Shown one piece after another: positions 10,223-20,424 of a stretch of DNA of 64,000 nt (position 1 is its first letter; every line of letters begins with the position of its first letter). The stretch comes from Candidatus Chazhemtobacterium aquaticus (GTDB lineage: Bacteria; Patescibacteriota; Microgenomatia; UBA1400; Chazhemtobacteraceae). Below the pieces are notes generated by a model. That model was not told the origin of the DNA. It searched no databases and worked only from the letters and a program-made list of their open reading frames with translations. Location of the stretch: positions 280,984 to 344,983 of the forward strand of contig NZ_CP047901.1 in NCBI RefSeq assembly GCF_009936135.1, written 5' to 3'. Made by a program: the position numbers and the translations under genes.

Positions 10223-12013
10223 ATGACCGGTCATAACCTTAGACAAAAATACCTCAACTTCTTCAGTTCAAAGCCAAGAAATCACCTTATCATCCCATCC
10301 GCTCCTCTTGTCCCCGAAAATGATCCCACCACCCTTTTTAACAGTTCAGGTATGCAGCCCCTAGTTCCATATTTACTTGGCCAGCCACACCCATCTGGCC
10401 AGACCAGATTAGTCAACTCTCAAAAATGTTTACGGACCCAAGACATCAGTGAAGTAGGCGATAACCGTCACACCACCTTTTTTGAAATGCTTGGTAACTG
10501 GTCACTAGGCGACTATTTCAAAACAGATCAACTTACCTGGATCTGGAATTTCTTAACCCAAGAACTCAAACTTCCCAAAGAAAAACTATACGTCACAGTT
10601 TACCAGGGTGGTGACGGTGTCCCCAGAGACGAAGATACTTATCAAATTTGGAAGTCGCTTGGTATCCCCGAAGACCATATTTTTTTCTATCCTTCCAGCA
10701 AAAACTGGTGGTCCCGATCCGGAACTCCTCAAGAAATGCCCAGTGGTGAGATTGGCGGACCAGACTCCGAGGTTTTTTTCGAGTTCACTCAGGTAAAACA
10801 CGATCCTAAATACGGACAACATTGTCATCCAAACTGTGATTGTGGCCGTTTCCTTGAAATCGCTAACTCAGTCTTCATTCAATATCAAAAACAAACAGAC
10901 GGATCTCTCAAAGAACTATCTCAGAAAAATGTCGATTTTGGTGGAGGGCTGGAAAGAATGCTGGCCGCCATCAATGATCAACCCGATATCTTCATGACCG
11001 ATTTATTTCAACCTATCATCTCCGAAATCGAAGCACTCACTAATTTACAATACTCAGACCATCAGACATCAATGCGTATCATCGCCGACCACCTTAAAGC
11101 CGCCGTCTTCCTTATCAACGAAGGAGTAGAGCCATCCAATAAACTACAAGGCTACGTCTTACGACGCTTAATAAGACGCTCTATTGTTAAACTCTATCAA
11201 CTTAGCGGTACTCTCAAACCAAACTATCTTAGTATCATTGCTAAGCAAGGAGTAATTAGTACTTATCAATCCCGATCAACCCCACCCTTTCCCAATTTTT
11301 TCGACTCTAACCAAAAACAAAGAGAAATCTTCTCCGTACTTGACAATGAATCGCAGCAATTTATCAAGACACTCGACAAAGGGCTTAAACAACTTAACCA
11401 ACTCTCTCCCTTCGACCTTTATCAAACATATGGTTTTCCCGTTGAAATTACTCAAGAGCTTTACGCCCAACAAGGAAGAGAGCTTGACTTAGATCAATTT
11501 AACCAGGAACTCAAACATCACCAAGACCTTTCTCGCACCGCCGGAAAAGGCATGTTCCAGGGCGGCCTCCAAGATCATAGTCAAATTACCACAAAATACC
11601 ATACAGCTACCCACTTACTCCACCAAGCTTTGCGTCAAGTCTTGGGTGACCACGTTCGCCAGACTGGCAGCAACATCACCCATCAAAGACTCCGTTTTGA
11701 CTTTACCCATGACCAGCCCCTTAGTAACCAGCAACTTCAGCAGGTTGAAGATTTGGTAAATCAGCAAATTAAAAATAAACTTACCGTCACCTGCCAAACC
11801 ATGTCCCTACAACAAGCACAATCTCAAAATGCTCTTGCTTTCTTTGCCGAAAAATATGGTGACCAGGTTAAAGTGTATAGTATAGGTAACTTCAGTAAAG
11901 AAGTCTGTGGTGGGCCACATGTGGCTAATACCGCCGACATTGGCCCGATCACCATTTATAAGCAAGAGTCGGTTGGTTCAGGCCGTCGTCGCCTTTACGC
12001 CAAAATCGTTTAA
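10223..12013 (+). CDS. alaS: Alanine--tRNA ligase, short form lacking C-Ala domain
   Basis: DPTTLFNSSGMQ, HTTFFEMLGNWSLGDYFK, VDFGGGLER, editing motifs HTATH and CGGPH; 596 aa. Confidence 0.95.
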   Translation: MTGHNLRQKYLNFFSSKPRNHLIIPSAPLVPENDPTTLFNSSGMQPLVPYLLGQPHPSGQTRLVNSQKCLRTQDISEVGDNRHTTFFEMLGNWSLGDYFKTDQLTWIWNFLTQELKLPKEKLYVTVYQGGDGVPRDEDTYQIWKSLGIPEDHIFFYPSSKNWWSRSGTPQEMPSGEIGGPDSEVFFEFTQVKHDPKYGQHCHPNCDCGRFLEIANSVFIQYQKQTDGSLKELSQKNVDFGGGLERMLAAINDQPDIFMTDLFQPIISEIEALTNLQYSDHQTSMRIIADHLKAAVFLINEGVEPSNKLQGYVLRRLIRRSIVKLYQLSGTLKPNYLSIIAKQGVISTYQSRSTPPFPNFFDSNQKQREIFSVLDNESQQFIKTLDKGLKQLNQLSPFDLYQTYGFPVEITQELYAQQGRELDLDQFNQELKHHQDLSRTAGKGMFQGGLQDHSQITTKYHTATHLLHQALRQVLGDHVRQTGSNITHQRLRFDFTHDQPLSNQQLQQVEDLVNQQIKNKLTVTCQTMSLQQAQSQNALAFFAEKYGDQVKVYSIGNFSKEVCGGPHVANTADIGPITIYKQESVGSGRRRLYAKIV

Positions 12014-12059
12014 TATTTAAACTCTCTGCCCAGGTTCCACCTGAAGGCTCTTAAACAAT

Positions 12060-14276
12060 ATGGAGATCACCCATCTCTTTAAAGCCAAAGAACCAGTTAC
12101 CCCACCGGAACTTTTTCTAGCAATCCAGATTCAAGAAGGTCTAGTCAAGACCGCTATCTGGCAAGTCTCTAATGGCAAACCAGAAATCGTCAGCTATGGT
12201 TCACAAGAAGAGTGGGGCGACACCGAGTCTCTCCTAGTTGCAGTCGATACTTCACTTGCCCATGCCCTCGAATCACAAGATCAGGAGCCAAATCGGGTTA
12301 TTTTTGGCCTGCCTGAATCCTGGATCAAAGAAGACAAAATTAGCCCTGAATCAAGTGCTTATCTCAAGGAGTTAATCAAAAAACTTGAACTTGAACCCGT
12401 TGGTTTTGTCGCCATAACCGAAGCCATTATTCAACAGCTTAAGCTTTCAGAAGGGATACCACCTACCGCTATTTTCCTGGAAGTACACTCCTCCAAAGTC
12501 AATGTTGTCGTCACCAGACTAGGAGATATTGTCGGTAGAGAAGAAGTCGGCCGTTCTCAAGATCTCGCCAAAGATGTCCAAGAAGGACTAGCCCGGCTCG
12601 ATCTCGACCACCTACCAGCTCGAATCCTTGTCATTAACGGCCAGGACCCAGATATCGAACAGCAACTAACATCTTTCCCTTGGCAGGATCACCTTCCTTT
12701 TCCTCACCTACCAAAAGTTGAGATACCCGACCCAAAGCTTTCCATCCAAGCTATTGCTCTATCTGGAGGATCAGAAGCAGCTCGCTCCCTTGGTATTTCT
12801 GTCACTGAAACAAAAAAAACACAAAACCACCCAACCACTTCAAACTCCTCTTCCAATTCATCAGTCCCACCGCCATCGGTCCTAACCAATCATGGCTTTG
12901 TCACCGGCCGTGACATTAGAGACACGAATACGCCCTCCTACCCTTCTGTCTCGCCCTCTTCCCCAACCTCTCAAGCTAACTTTACAAACTCGTCACCATC
13001 GATTCCAAATCACCCACCTGTTTCGCCCCCATCTCTACTATCCCGAGTCACCTCTCCGATTAAGCAGTTTCTGGAATTATCACGCTCACAAACTTATATA
13101 AAAAAACCCCCATATCTCAATCTCAAACACTCAAAACTCATTTTAATTATCCCCCCTCTTCTAGTTATAAGTCTAATCCTCTCGGCTGTTCTGGTACATG
13201 GTTTTTTCTCCTCAGCCACTCTGGTGCTTCACATCTCACCTAAACAAATTGACAAGTCCTTCTCTCTAGCTGTCTCAGACTCACCCCACCCAGACTTGCC
13301 AACTGTTCCGGCTACTCTCGACTCCCTCGAGCTTGAAGCCAGCGGATCGCTACCAACTACCGGAGAGGCTACTGTAGGAGATAAAGCCGTCGGTGAAATC
13401 ACTGTCTTTAACAAAACCGATACCGAAAAAACTCTTGAAAAAGGAACCACTATTATCACTGCCGACAATCTCAAATTTACTCTAGATCAAGATCTCAACA
13501 TTGCCTCGAGAAGTGCCGAAGAACAAGAAGGCGGTGTCAATATTATCTACGGCAAGTCTTCTGTTGCCGTCACCGCTGCCAACATCGGAGCAGAATACAA
13601 CATCTCTACAGACACTGATTTTACAGTTGGCACCTTCCCCAAAAGCTCCCTTGAAGCCAAAGCCACCAAAGATTTCTCTGGTGGAACATCGCGTACAGTA
13701 AAAGCTGTTTCAGCCAATGATCAACAAGCCCTCCTTGATCAGCTAACTCAACAAATCCAACAACAAGCACAAGACCAACTATCCTCCTCGACTGAATACC
13801 AAGTTGTCCCTCAAGACACCCAAGTAATCTCCAAGCAATACAGCCACGATGTAGGCGAGGAGGCTAGCACGCTCTCTCTCGATCTAAAAGTCAAGGCCAA
13901 CTTTCTCAAATTTCTTCAGTCTGACCTCCACTCCCTTATAGAATCTGAAATTAGCTCTGACATTCCACCCGACTTCGCCCTTGATTCAAGCAACACTCAA
14001 ATCTCAATCGATCCCCCTCAGTCCGACCCCGACACGGGTTATGCCATCACCACCGCAACAGTAAAAGCTTCACTCATGCCCCAACTCTCTGTTTCGGACT
14101 ATCAACAACAACTTAAAGGTAAAACTCTTAATGCAGCCAAAACACTTCTCCAAACCATTCCCGGATACCAAAAAACAACCGTAATTATTAACCCGAACCT
14201 ACCCTTCATTACTGAGAAACTTCCCCTGAATCCTGCCAAAATTAATCTCACCCTCGAACCCTCAGCTCAACCCTAA
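12060..14276 (+). CDS. Large single-pass membrane protein: putative actin/FtsA-like cytoplasmic domain, Ser/Pro linker, TM, baseplate-J-like external domain
   Basis: One hydrophobic segment near aa 360-383; external A.GEITVFN...L..GT...LKF...V.A..IG.EYNI pattern recalled from baseplate-J-like proteins; domain calls unverified. Confidence 0.5.
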   Translation: MEITHLFKAKEPVTPPELFLAIQIQEGLVKTAIWQVSNGKPEIVSYGSQEEWGDTESLLVAVDTSLAHALESQDQEPNRVIFGLPESWIKEDKISPESSAYLKELIKKLELEPVGFVAITEAIIQQLKLSEGIPPTAIFLEVHSSKVNVVVTRLGDIVGREEVGRSQDLAKDVQEGLARLDLDHLPARILVINGQDPDIEQQLTSFPWQDHLPFPHLPKVEIPDPKLSIQAIALSGGSEAARSLGISVTETKKTQNHPTTSNSSSNSSVPPPSVLTNHGFVTGRDIRDTNTPSYPSVSPSSPTSQANFTNSSPSIPNHPPVSPPSLLSRVTSPIKQFLELSRSQTYIKKPPYLNLKHSKLILIIPPLLVISLILSAVLVHGFFSSATLVLHISPKQIDKSFSLAVSDSPHPDLPTVPATLDSLELEASGSLPTTGEATVGDKAVGEITVFNKTDTEKTLEKGTTIITADNLKFTLDQDLNIASRSAEEQEGGVNIIYGKSSVAVTAANIGAEYNISTDTDFTVGTFPKSSLEAKATKDFSGGTSRTVKAVSANDQQALLDQLTQQIQQQAQDQLSSSTEYQVVPQDTQVISKQYSHDVGEEASTLSLDLKVKANFLKFLQSDLHSLIESEISSDIPPDFALDSSNTQISIDPPQSDPDTGYAITTATVKASLMPQLSVSDYQQQLKGKTLNAAKTLLQTIPGYQKTTVIINPNLPFITEKLPLNPAKINLTLEPSAQP

Positions 14277-14315
14277 CCTCACTCCTCTTTCCCCGTTATA
14301 ATTATCCGTAAAGCT

Positions 14316-15119
14316 ATGTCACTATACATCTATCAGAAGGCCCAAACCAACTCTGCACTCCCACCCACTCCTCAACACTCAATCACCCCTCCACCACCTA
14401 CCCCTCCTCCTCCCAAGCCAGCACAACCACCCCGATCTCTCCTGAGTCTGCTCCCTTTAGGTACCTCTATTACTGGCTTGGTTCTAATCCTCTCGGTTGC
14501 CTGGCCAATTGTTTACTACGAAATCCTTGGTAATCAGACCTCCCCCCCCACCACTTCTACAGGACTTCTCAACCCCTTAGCTGACTCGTCCTCACTTGCC
14601 GCTTTCGCCGCCGCCCCTAAAATTGTCGGTTCTCTCGACTATACTCATGCAAGCAACTGGTTTCCAAGCTCCCCCCCCACCACTCAAGTAGTTAGACCAA
14701 CTGGTCCAAATACGTATACTCTCTCCATTCCCAAATTAAATATTGAGAACGCCCAAGTTATTATTGGGAGTGACGATCTCTCCAAAAGTCTTATTCACTA
14801 CACCGAAACCGCCCTCCCAGGGCAATTTGGTAGCCCTGTTATTTTTGGTCACTCAATTCTGCCTCAGTTTTATAATCCCAAGAACTACATGTCGATATTT
14901 TCCACTCTACCGACTCTCGAAAAAGACGATCAAATCATTGTTGAGTACGACGGCATCACCTATACCTACTCAGTTACCGAAAAGCAAGAAGTTATGCCCG
15001 AAGATCTTTGGGTACTTGAACAACGTTATGACTCCAAAAAAATTAAGCTAATTACTTGTGTGCCACCAGGCTTAAAAACCAAACGCCTTGTTGTCACCGC
15101 CGAATTACAATCACTTTAA
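14316..15119 (+). CDS. Sortase-family transpeptidase
   Basis: N-terminal TM, LSIPKL, FGHS, LITC and downstream R (His-Cys-Arg triad). Confidence 0.9.
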   Translation: MSLYIYQKAQTNSALPPTPQHSITPPPPTPPPPKPAQPPRSLLSLLPLGTSITGLVLILSVAWPIVYYEILGNQTSPPTTSTGLLNPLADSSSLAAFAAAPKIVGSLDYTHASNWFPSSPPTTQVVRPTGPNTYTLSIPKLNIENAQVIIGSDDLSKSLIHYTETALPGQFGSPVIFGHSILPQFYNPKNYMSIFSTLPTLEKDDQIIVEYDGITYTYSVTEKQEVMPEDLWVLEQRYDSKKIKLITCVPPGLKTKRLVVTAELQSL

Positions 15120-15517
15120 TGCCAGTTACCCTAGCCTTCGATATTGGCCTTGCTCACACCGGTGTCGCTATCTCCTACGAAAACAAAATTGCCGAAGGCT
15201 TAACCACCATTCACACCCAAAATCTTGATCTGCTTCAACAAGAGATTATCGATCTCGTCAAAAGTTATCAGCCCGACATCCTTGTCTTCGGCATCCCTCA
15301 AAAAGGACCTCTTACTCAGCACGTGGGTCTTTTAAAAAACAAACTTGAAGCAACTCTTTCTCTACCCATCATTCTCGTCAATGAAGATCTTTCCACCCGG
15401 TTTGCCACCAGAGCTATGATCGACGCTAATAAAGGACCGCGTTACCGCCGCCTTAACAACCATCAAGTTGCCGCTGCCAGCATTCTTCAATTTTATCTTG
15501 ATAATTTGATAGAATAA
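15119..15517 (+). CDS. ruvX: RuvX/YqgF pre-16S rRNA nuclease / Holliday-junction-resolvase-like protein
   Basis: LAFDIG...GVAIS, VFGIP, NEDLST, AAASILQFYL; ATG overlaps the sortase stop (TAATG); typical alaS-ruvX-mltG context. Confidence 0.85.
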   Translation: MPVTLAFDIGLAHTGVAISYENKIAEGLTTIHTQNLDLLQQEIIDLVKSYQPDILVFGIPQKGPLTQHVGLLKNKLEATLSLPIILVNEDLSTRFATRAMIDANKGPRYRRLNNHQVAAASILQFYLDNLIE

Positions 15518-15521
15518 CCCC

Positions 15522-15728
15522 ATGTTTAAAAACATGATCGCTCCAGTGCAGGCCTGGTTACTCTCTAGAGGACAGTGTGTCGGTTGCGGCACCCCACTCC
15601 AAAACGGGACCCGTGTTAAGTCCAAACTTAAAGGTCTTGATCAAGTCACCTGTAAGTGTGGTCGTATTTTTATCTTCGATCCTAAAACTAACACATATCG
15701 CCGCGCCCTCTTCCAAGAAGTTAAGTAG
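15522..15728 (+). CDS. Small putative Zn-ribbon protein
   Basis: CVGC and CKC motifs; own -10 (TGaTAGAAT) 6 nt upstream; fills the gap between ruvX and mltG exactly. Confidence 0.7.
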   Translation: MFKNMIAPVQAWLLSRGQCVGCGTPLQNGTRVKSKLKGLDQVTCKCGRIFIFDPKTNTYRRALFQEVK

Positions 15729-15730
15729 AT

Positions 15731-16738
15731 ATGACTCGACGCCGCTCTGCCCCGCTTAAACCCTTTTTAATTCTTCTTTCTCTTATAGTCATATTAATTC
15801 TTCTCTTTTTGACTTGGTTTAAACTTGCTTCTCGTCCCGTCAATCCCAACTCAACCAAGAGAGTCAACTTCACTATCGAAAAGGGCCAAGGACTAGACTC
15901 AATTGGTCAAATCCTTTACCACGCAGGTTTAATTCGCTCCATACCTGCCTTTCGACTTCAAGTCATAATCTCAAACCTCTCGACCAAAATCCAAGCTGGT
16001 GATTTCGCCATCCCCCCCACCCTCACTCTCGCAGAGGTAGCCCAATCCCTCACTGTGGGTACATCAGATCGTTGGGTTACTCTTTTAGAAGGTTGGCGCC
16101 GTGAAGAGATTGCTCAAGCCTTAGTTGACACCCTTTCTCCCAGCAACCCGGAATATAATTTTGATCCAGACACCTTCATTCTCATGACCAAAGATCTCGA
16201 AGGACAACTTTATCCAGATACTTACTCCTTCACCCGTTCCACCACCGCTCAAGCTGCTATCGATCGACTCACCACCCGCTTCAAAGAACAAACAGAAAAA
16301 TTATCCAACCAATCCGGTTTAACCGATAAACAGGCCCTCGTACTCGCCTCCCTAATTGAACGAGAAGCCTTCACCGATCAAGAAAGGCCTGTCATAGCTG
16401 GCATCCTACTTAATCGATTTCATGCTAACTGGCCTCTTCAAGTTGATGCTACTGTTCAGTATGTCAAAGCCAATCTTAACTGTCAGGTTCTTACCTGTAA
16501 TTGGTGGCCAAATGATCTGACCAAAGACGATCTAAACCTTCCTTCACCCTACAATACTTACTCCCAACCAGGTCTCCCTCCTCTTCCAATCACTAATCCT
16601 TCACTTGAATCAATTAAAGCTGCCTATCAACCCAGCACCACGCCCTACTGGTTTTATCTTCATGACCCATCTGGTCAAATTCATTACGCCAAGACTTTAG
16701 AAGAGCACAATCTAAATATTGCCAAGTATCTAAAATAA
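15731..16738 (+). CDS. mltG: Endolytic transglycosylase MltG
   Basis: N-terminal TM, LEGWRREE, EGQLYPDTY, ASLIEREA, LQVDATVQY, SPYNTY..PGLPP.PI.NP. Confidence 0.95.
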   Translation: MTRRRSAPLKPFLILLSLIVILILLFLTWFKLASRPVNPNSTKRVNFTIEKGQGLDSIGQILYHAGLIRSIPAFRLQVIISNLSTKIQAGDFAIPPTLTLAEVAQSLTVGTSDRWVTLLEGWRREEIAQALVDTLSPSNPEYNFDPDTFILMTKDLEGQLYPDTYSFTRSTTAQAAIDRLTTRFKEQTEKLSNQSGLTDKQALVLASLIEREAFTDQERPVIAGILLNRFHANWPLQVDATVQYVKANLNCQVLTCNWWPNDLTKDDLNLPSPYNTYSQPGLPPLPITNPSLESIKAAYQPSTTPYWFYLHDPSGQIHYAKTLEEHNLNIAKYLK

Positions 16739-16781
16739 CTTAAATTAAAATTATCTTAAATATCCACCATTCATCCAACCG

Positions 16782-16810
16782 TTGACAAGTTGTGTTATCC
16801 TTGCTAAACT
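16782..16810 (+). promoter_or_regulatory. Sigma70 promoter for rpoBC
   Basis: TTGACA-17 nt-TAAACT with extended -10 TG. Confidence 0.8.
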
Positions 16811-16828
16811 TCTCACCACGTCCTGGTC

Positions 16829-16863
16829 TCTGGCCTCTTCACCGTAAAGAGGGCAGATTTTTT
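16829..16863 (+). terminator. Terminator-like hairpin in the rpoB leader (possible attenuator)
   Basis: TCTGgCCTCTT/AAGAGGgCAGA stem followed by TTTTTT, downstream of the promoter. Confidence 0.55.
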
Positions 16864-16931
16864 GCGTCTCCGCGCGACGTTAGTTTGTCAACTATTTTAT
16901 CGCCCTATAATTAGGGAAAACCATAATACCC

Positions 16932-19900
16932 ATGTCCAACCAGCAACAGCCTAGAAAACGTATATACTGGGGTAACATCACCCCTAAACTTCCCGAACTT
17001 AACCTTTCACAAATTCAAGTCAACTCTTACCACTGGTTTCTTGATCAGGGCATTAAACTTGCTCTTCAAGATCTTGGGCCTATCACAGACTTCACTGGTG
17101 ACTCCTTCCAGCTAGAATTTGGCGACCACACCTTCGGTCAACCAACCCACACCCCCGAAGAATGTCTTAAAAAAGGCCTTACCTACGCCGCTCCCCTTCG
17201 TGTTAACACTATTCTCACCAATCTCGAAACCAAGACCTCAAAAACCCAAGAGGTCTTTTTAGGTGACATTCCTCAGATCACTACTTACGGAACTTTCATC
17301 ATCAATGGTGTTGAACGTGTTGTTGTTAACCAGCTCGTTCGTTCCCCTGGTGTGTTTTTCAATTCTTCTCTAGATACCAACACCGGCCGCCAGCTTTCCT
17401 CAGCTGAAATCCGTCCCATCCGCGGGTCGTGGCTCGAGTTTAATATCCACAAAAACGACTATATCACTGTAAGAATTGATCGTAGCCGCAAACTCTCGGC
17501 CGCTACTTTCCTTCGCGCTATTGGTTTTTCCTCCAGTGAAGAAATCTCCTCTCTCTTTAAAGATGTAGACACTGACAAAGACCATCCATATATTGCCGCT
17601 TCGCTTTTGAAAGATGCCACCGCTTCAACCGATGAAGCTCTCCTTGATTTTTACCAAAAAATCCGTCCCGGTGAACCCGCTGTTCTTGATAATGCAAAAG
17701 AACTTCTTTATCAAATGTTTTTTGACCCCCGTCGTTACGATCTCGGCTTAGTCGGTCGCTATAAAATCAACAAACGCCTCAGTCTAGATACACCCATTAC
17801 AGATGAACACACCACTTTAACTAAAGAAGATATTGTTGCCACCCTCCGTTATCTTATAAACCTCCAAAACGGCCATGGAAAAGTTGATGATATCGACCAT
17901 CTTGCCAACCGCCGCGTCAGACAAATTGGCGAACTTCTCTACCAGGGCCCCTTCAGAATCGGATTACTTAGATTAGAGCGTTCCATTCGTGAAAAAATGA
18001 GCTTGGCCAAAAAAGAAGAACCACCCACAGCCGGATCTTTAGTTAACCCTCGTCCAATCATCGCTGCTGTATCAGAATTTTTTAGAAGAAATCGACTCTC
18101 AGCCATCCTTGACCAGGTTAACCCCTTAGCCGAAATTGACAACCTTCGCCGTCTTTCTGTGATGGGGGCAGGCGGTGTCACTCGTGAGCGCGCATCTTTC
18201 TCTATGCGCGACATTCACGCTTCCCAATACTCCCGTATCTGCCCAATTCGTTCTCCAGAAGGCCCAAACATTGGACTGGTTACCTATCTAGCCCTCTATA
18301 CTCGCATTAACCAATACGGCTTTCTCGAGGCACCATACTTTAAAGTTACCCCAGAATCTAAAGGTGGTAAGACTCGCATGAGAATTACCAACGAAATCGT
18401 CTACCTCACTGCTGATGATGAAGAAAATCACTATATTACTCACGCCGACATTGCTCGTGATGGTGATTACTTAGCCAACGACTGGGTACCAGCTCGTTAT
18501 AACGGAAAATTCATCGAGGTCGACGCTCAGAAAATCGAATACATCGACATCATCCCCCGACAGGTTGTTGGTACCTCAGCCTCTCTCATTCCTTTCCTTC
18601 AACACGACGACGGTACTCGTGCGCTCATGGGTTCGCACATGCAGTGTCAAGCCGTTCCTCTTATCAAGCCTGATGCTCCCATCATTGGTACTGGCATGGA
18701 AAATCCTGTTGCCGAGTCCATGGGTTGGGTTATCAGAGCTCGTTTTGATGGTGAGGTTATCTCTGCCGACTCCAATACCGTTACCATAAAGGTTGATCCT
18801 AAACACATTGACGATCTCAAAAAACTTGCCCAACTTAATCAATCAGAAAGTATAACTATCAAAGACGACGTCGAGACATATCATCTCAAAACTTTCTATC
18901 GCACTTCTCAGTCAACCGCCTATACTCAACGACCTCTCGTACGACCGGGCGAACAAGTCAAAAAAGGCCAGATCATTATCGACGGGCCAGCCTCACAAAA
19001 CGGTGAATTAGCTCTGGGTCAAAACCTTGTCATTGCATATGCTAACTTTGAAGGACTAGGCTACGAAGACGCCATTGTGGTTTCCGACAGGCTCATTAAA
19101 GAAGACTTGCTTTCCTCAGTCCATATTAATGAATACGAAGCTCAGGTCATGGAAACTAAGCTTGGTCCTGAGGAACTAACTCGCGATATCCCCAATGTAT
19201 CTGAACAAGACCTAAAAAACTTAACCGAAGATGGCATTGTTGCTATAGGCAGCAATGTTGGGCCTAATGATATTCTCGTTGGCAAAATTGCTCCCAAGGG
19301 CGAAACTGAGCTTACCGCAGAGGAGCGTCTTTTACGCGCCATTTTTGGAGAAAAAGCACGAGAAGTTCGTGACACTTCCCTAAAGATGCCCCACGGAGAA
19401 TCTGGCACCGTCATCGACGTTCAAATTCTTGATCGTGATACCGGAGATGAGCTCGACCCTGGCGTTATCAAACAAATCAAAGTTAAGGTCGCTCAACTAA
19501 GAAAAATCACTGTTGGTGACAAGGTTGCTGGCCGTCACGGTAACAAAGGAGTCATCAGCAAGGTTGTTCCAGTCGCCGATATGCCTACCCTTCCCGACGG
19601 TACACCAGTCGATATCATCATCTCCTTCCTCTCAGTTCTTGCTCGCATGAACTTAGGACAACTCATGGAAGCTCAACTTGGTTGGGCAGCAGACAAACTC
19701 AACCAGAATATCGCCGTCCCCGTCTTTGAGAAGATTCCCGAAGACAAAATAATTTCTCTCATGAGCCAGGCAGGCCTTCCTGTTGACGGCAAAATCAGGC
19801 TTACCGATGGTCGCACCGGTCTTCCTTTTGAAGAGGATACCGCTGTTGGCATTGGCTACATCCTTAAACTCGTTCACATGGTTGAGGATAAGACCCACGC

Positions 19901-20402
19901 CCGCTCTACCGGACCTTACTCTCTAGTTACCCAACAGCCTCTCGGAGGTAAAGCTCAGATGGGTGGCCAACGTCTGGGAGAAATGGAAGTCTGGGCACTT
20001 GAAGCACACAAAGCTGCTCACACTCTTCAAGAAATGCTCACCATCAAGTCCGACGACGTAGTCGGTCGCTCCCGTGCTTTTGAGGCAATTGTAAAGGGTA
20101 CTGACATCCCTGAAGCTACTTTGCCCGAATCCTTTAAGGTTCTTGTTAAAGAACTAAACAGCTTAGGACTAAGCATTATCCCCACTAATCCAATTACCAG
20201 ACCTTCCCAGGACGACTCAGATATTTCCGACAAAACTCAAGAAGAAACTATTTCTGACTCTGAATCAGTCCCCAGCCATGTCTCCGCCAATGCCACTCCG
20301 GAAGATCAGTCCGATGATTCCAATGACCAATCTGATCAACCAACTAAATCAGATGATCAAGCACCAGTAGAAGAACCTCCTACTCAAGAAAATCAACAAT
20401 AG
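16932..20402 (+). CDS. rpoB: DNA-directed RNA polymerase beta subunit
   Basis: [57 protein letters not shown]. Confidence 0.99.
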   Translation: MSNQQQPRKRIYWGNITPKLPELNLSQIQVNSYHWFLDQGIKLALQDLGPITDFTGDSFQLEFGDHTFGQPTHTPEECLKKGLTYAAPLRVNTILTNLETKTSKTQEVFLGDIPQITTYGTFIINGVERVVVNQLVRSPGVFFNSSLDTNTGRQLSSAEIRPIRGSWLEFNIHKNDYITVRIDRSRKLSAATFLRAIGFSSSEEISSLFKDVDTDKDHPYIAASLLKDATASTDEALLDFYQKIRPGEPAVLDNAKELLYQMFFDPRRYDLGLVGRYKINKRLSLDTPITDEHTTLTKEDIVATLRYLINLQNGHGKVDDIDHLANRRVRQIGELLYQGPFRIGLLRLERSIREKMSLAKKEEPPTAGSLVNPRPIIAAVSEFFRRNRLSAILDQVNPLAEIDNLRRLSVMGAGGVTRERASFSMRDIHASQYSRICPIRSPEGPNIGLVTYLALYTRINQYGFLEAPYFKVTPESKGGKTRMRITNEIVYLTADDEENHYITHADIARDGDYLANDWVPARYNGKFIEVDAQKIEYIDIIPRQVVGTSASLIPFLQHDDGTRALMGSHMQCQAVPLIKPDAPIIGTGMENPVAESMGWVIRARFDGEVISADSNTVTIKVDPKHIDDLKKLAQLNQSESITIKDDVETYHLKTFYRTSQSTAYTQRPLVRPGEQVKKGQIIIDGPASQNGELALGQNLVIAYANFEGLGYEDAIVVSDRLIKEDLLSSVHINEYEAQVMETKLGPEELTRDIPNVSEQDLKNLTEDGIVAIGSNVGPNDILVGKIAPKGETELTAEERLLRAIFGEKAREVRDTSLKMPHGESGTVIDVQILDRDTGDELDPGVIKQIKVKVAQLRKITVGDKVAGRHGNKGVISKVVPVADMPTLPDGTPVDIIISFLSVLARMNLGQLMEAQLGWAADKLNQNIAVPVFEKIPEDKIISLMSQAGLPVDGKIRLTDGRTGLPFEEDTAVGIGYILKLVHMVEDKTHARSTGPYSLVTQQPLGGKAQMGGQRLGEMEVWALEAHKAAHTLQEMLTIKSDDVVGRSRAFEAIVKGTDIPEATLPESFKVLVKELNSLGLSIIPTNPITRPSQDDSDISDKTQEETISDSESVPSHVSANATPEDQSDDSNDQSDQPTKSDDQAPVEEPPTQENQQ

Positions 20403-20424
20403 TTATTACCAAAACACTAAAAAC

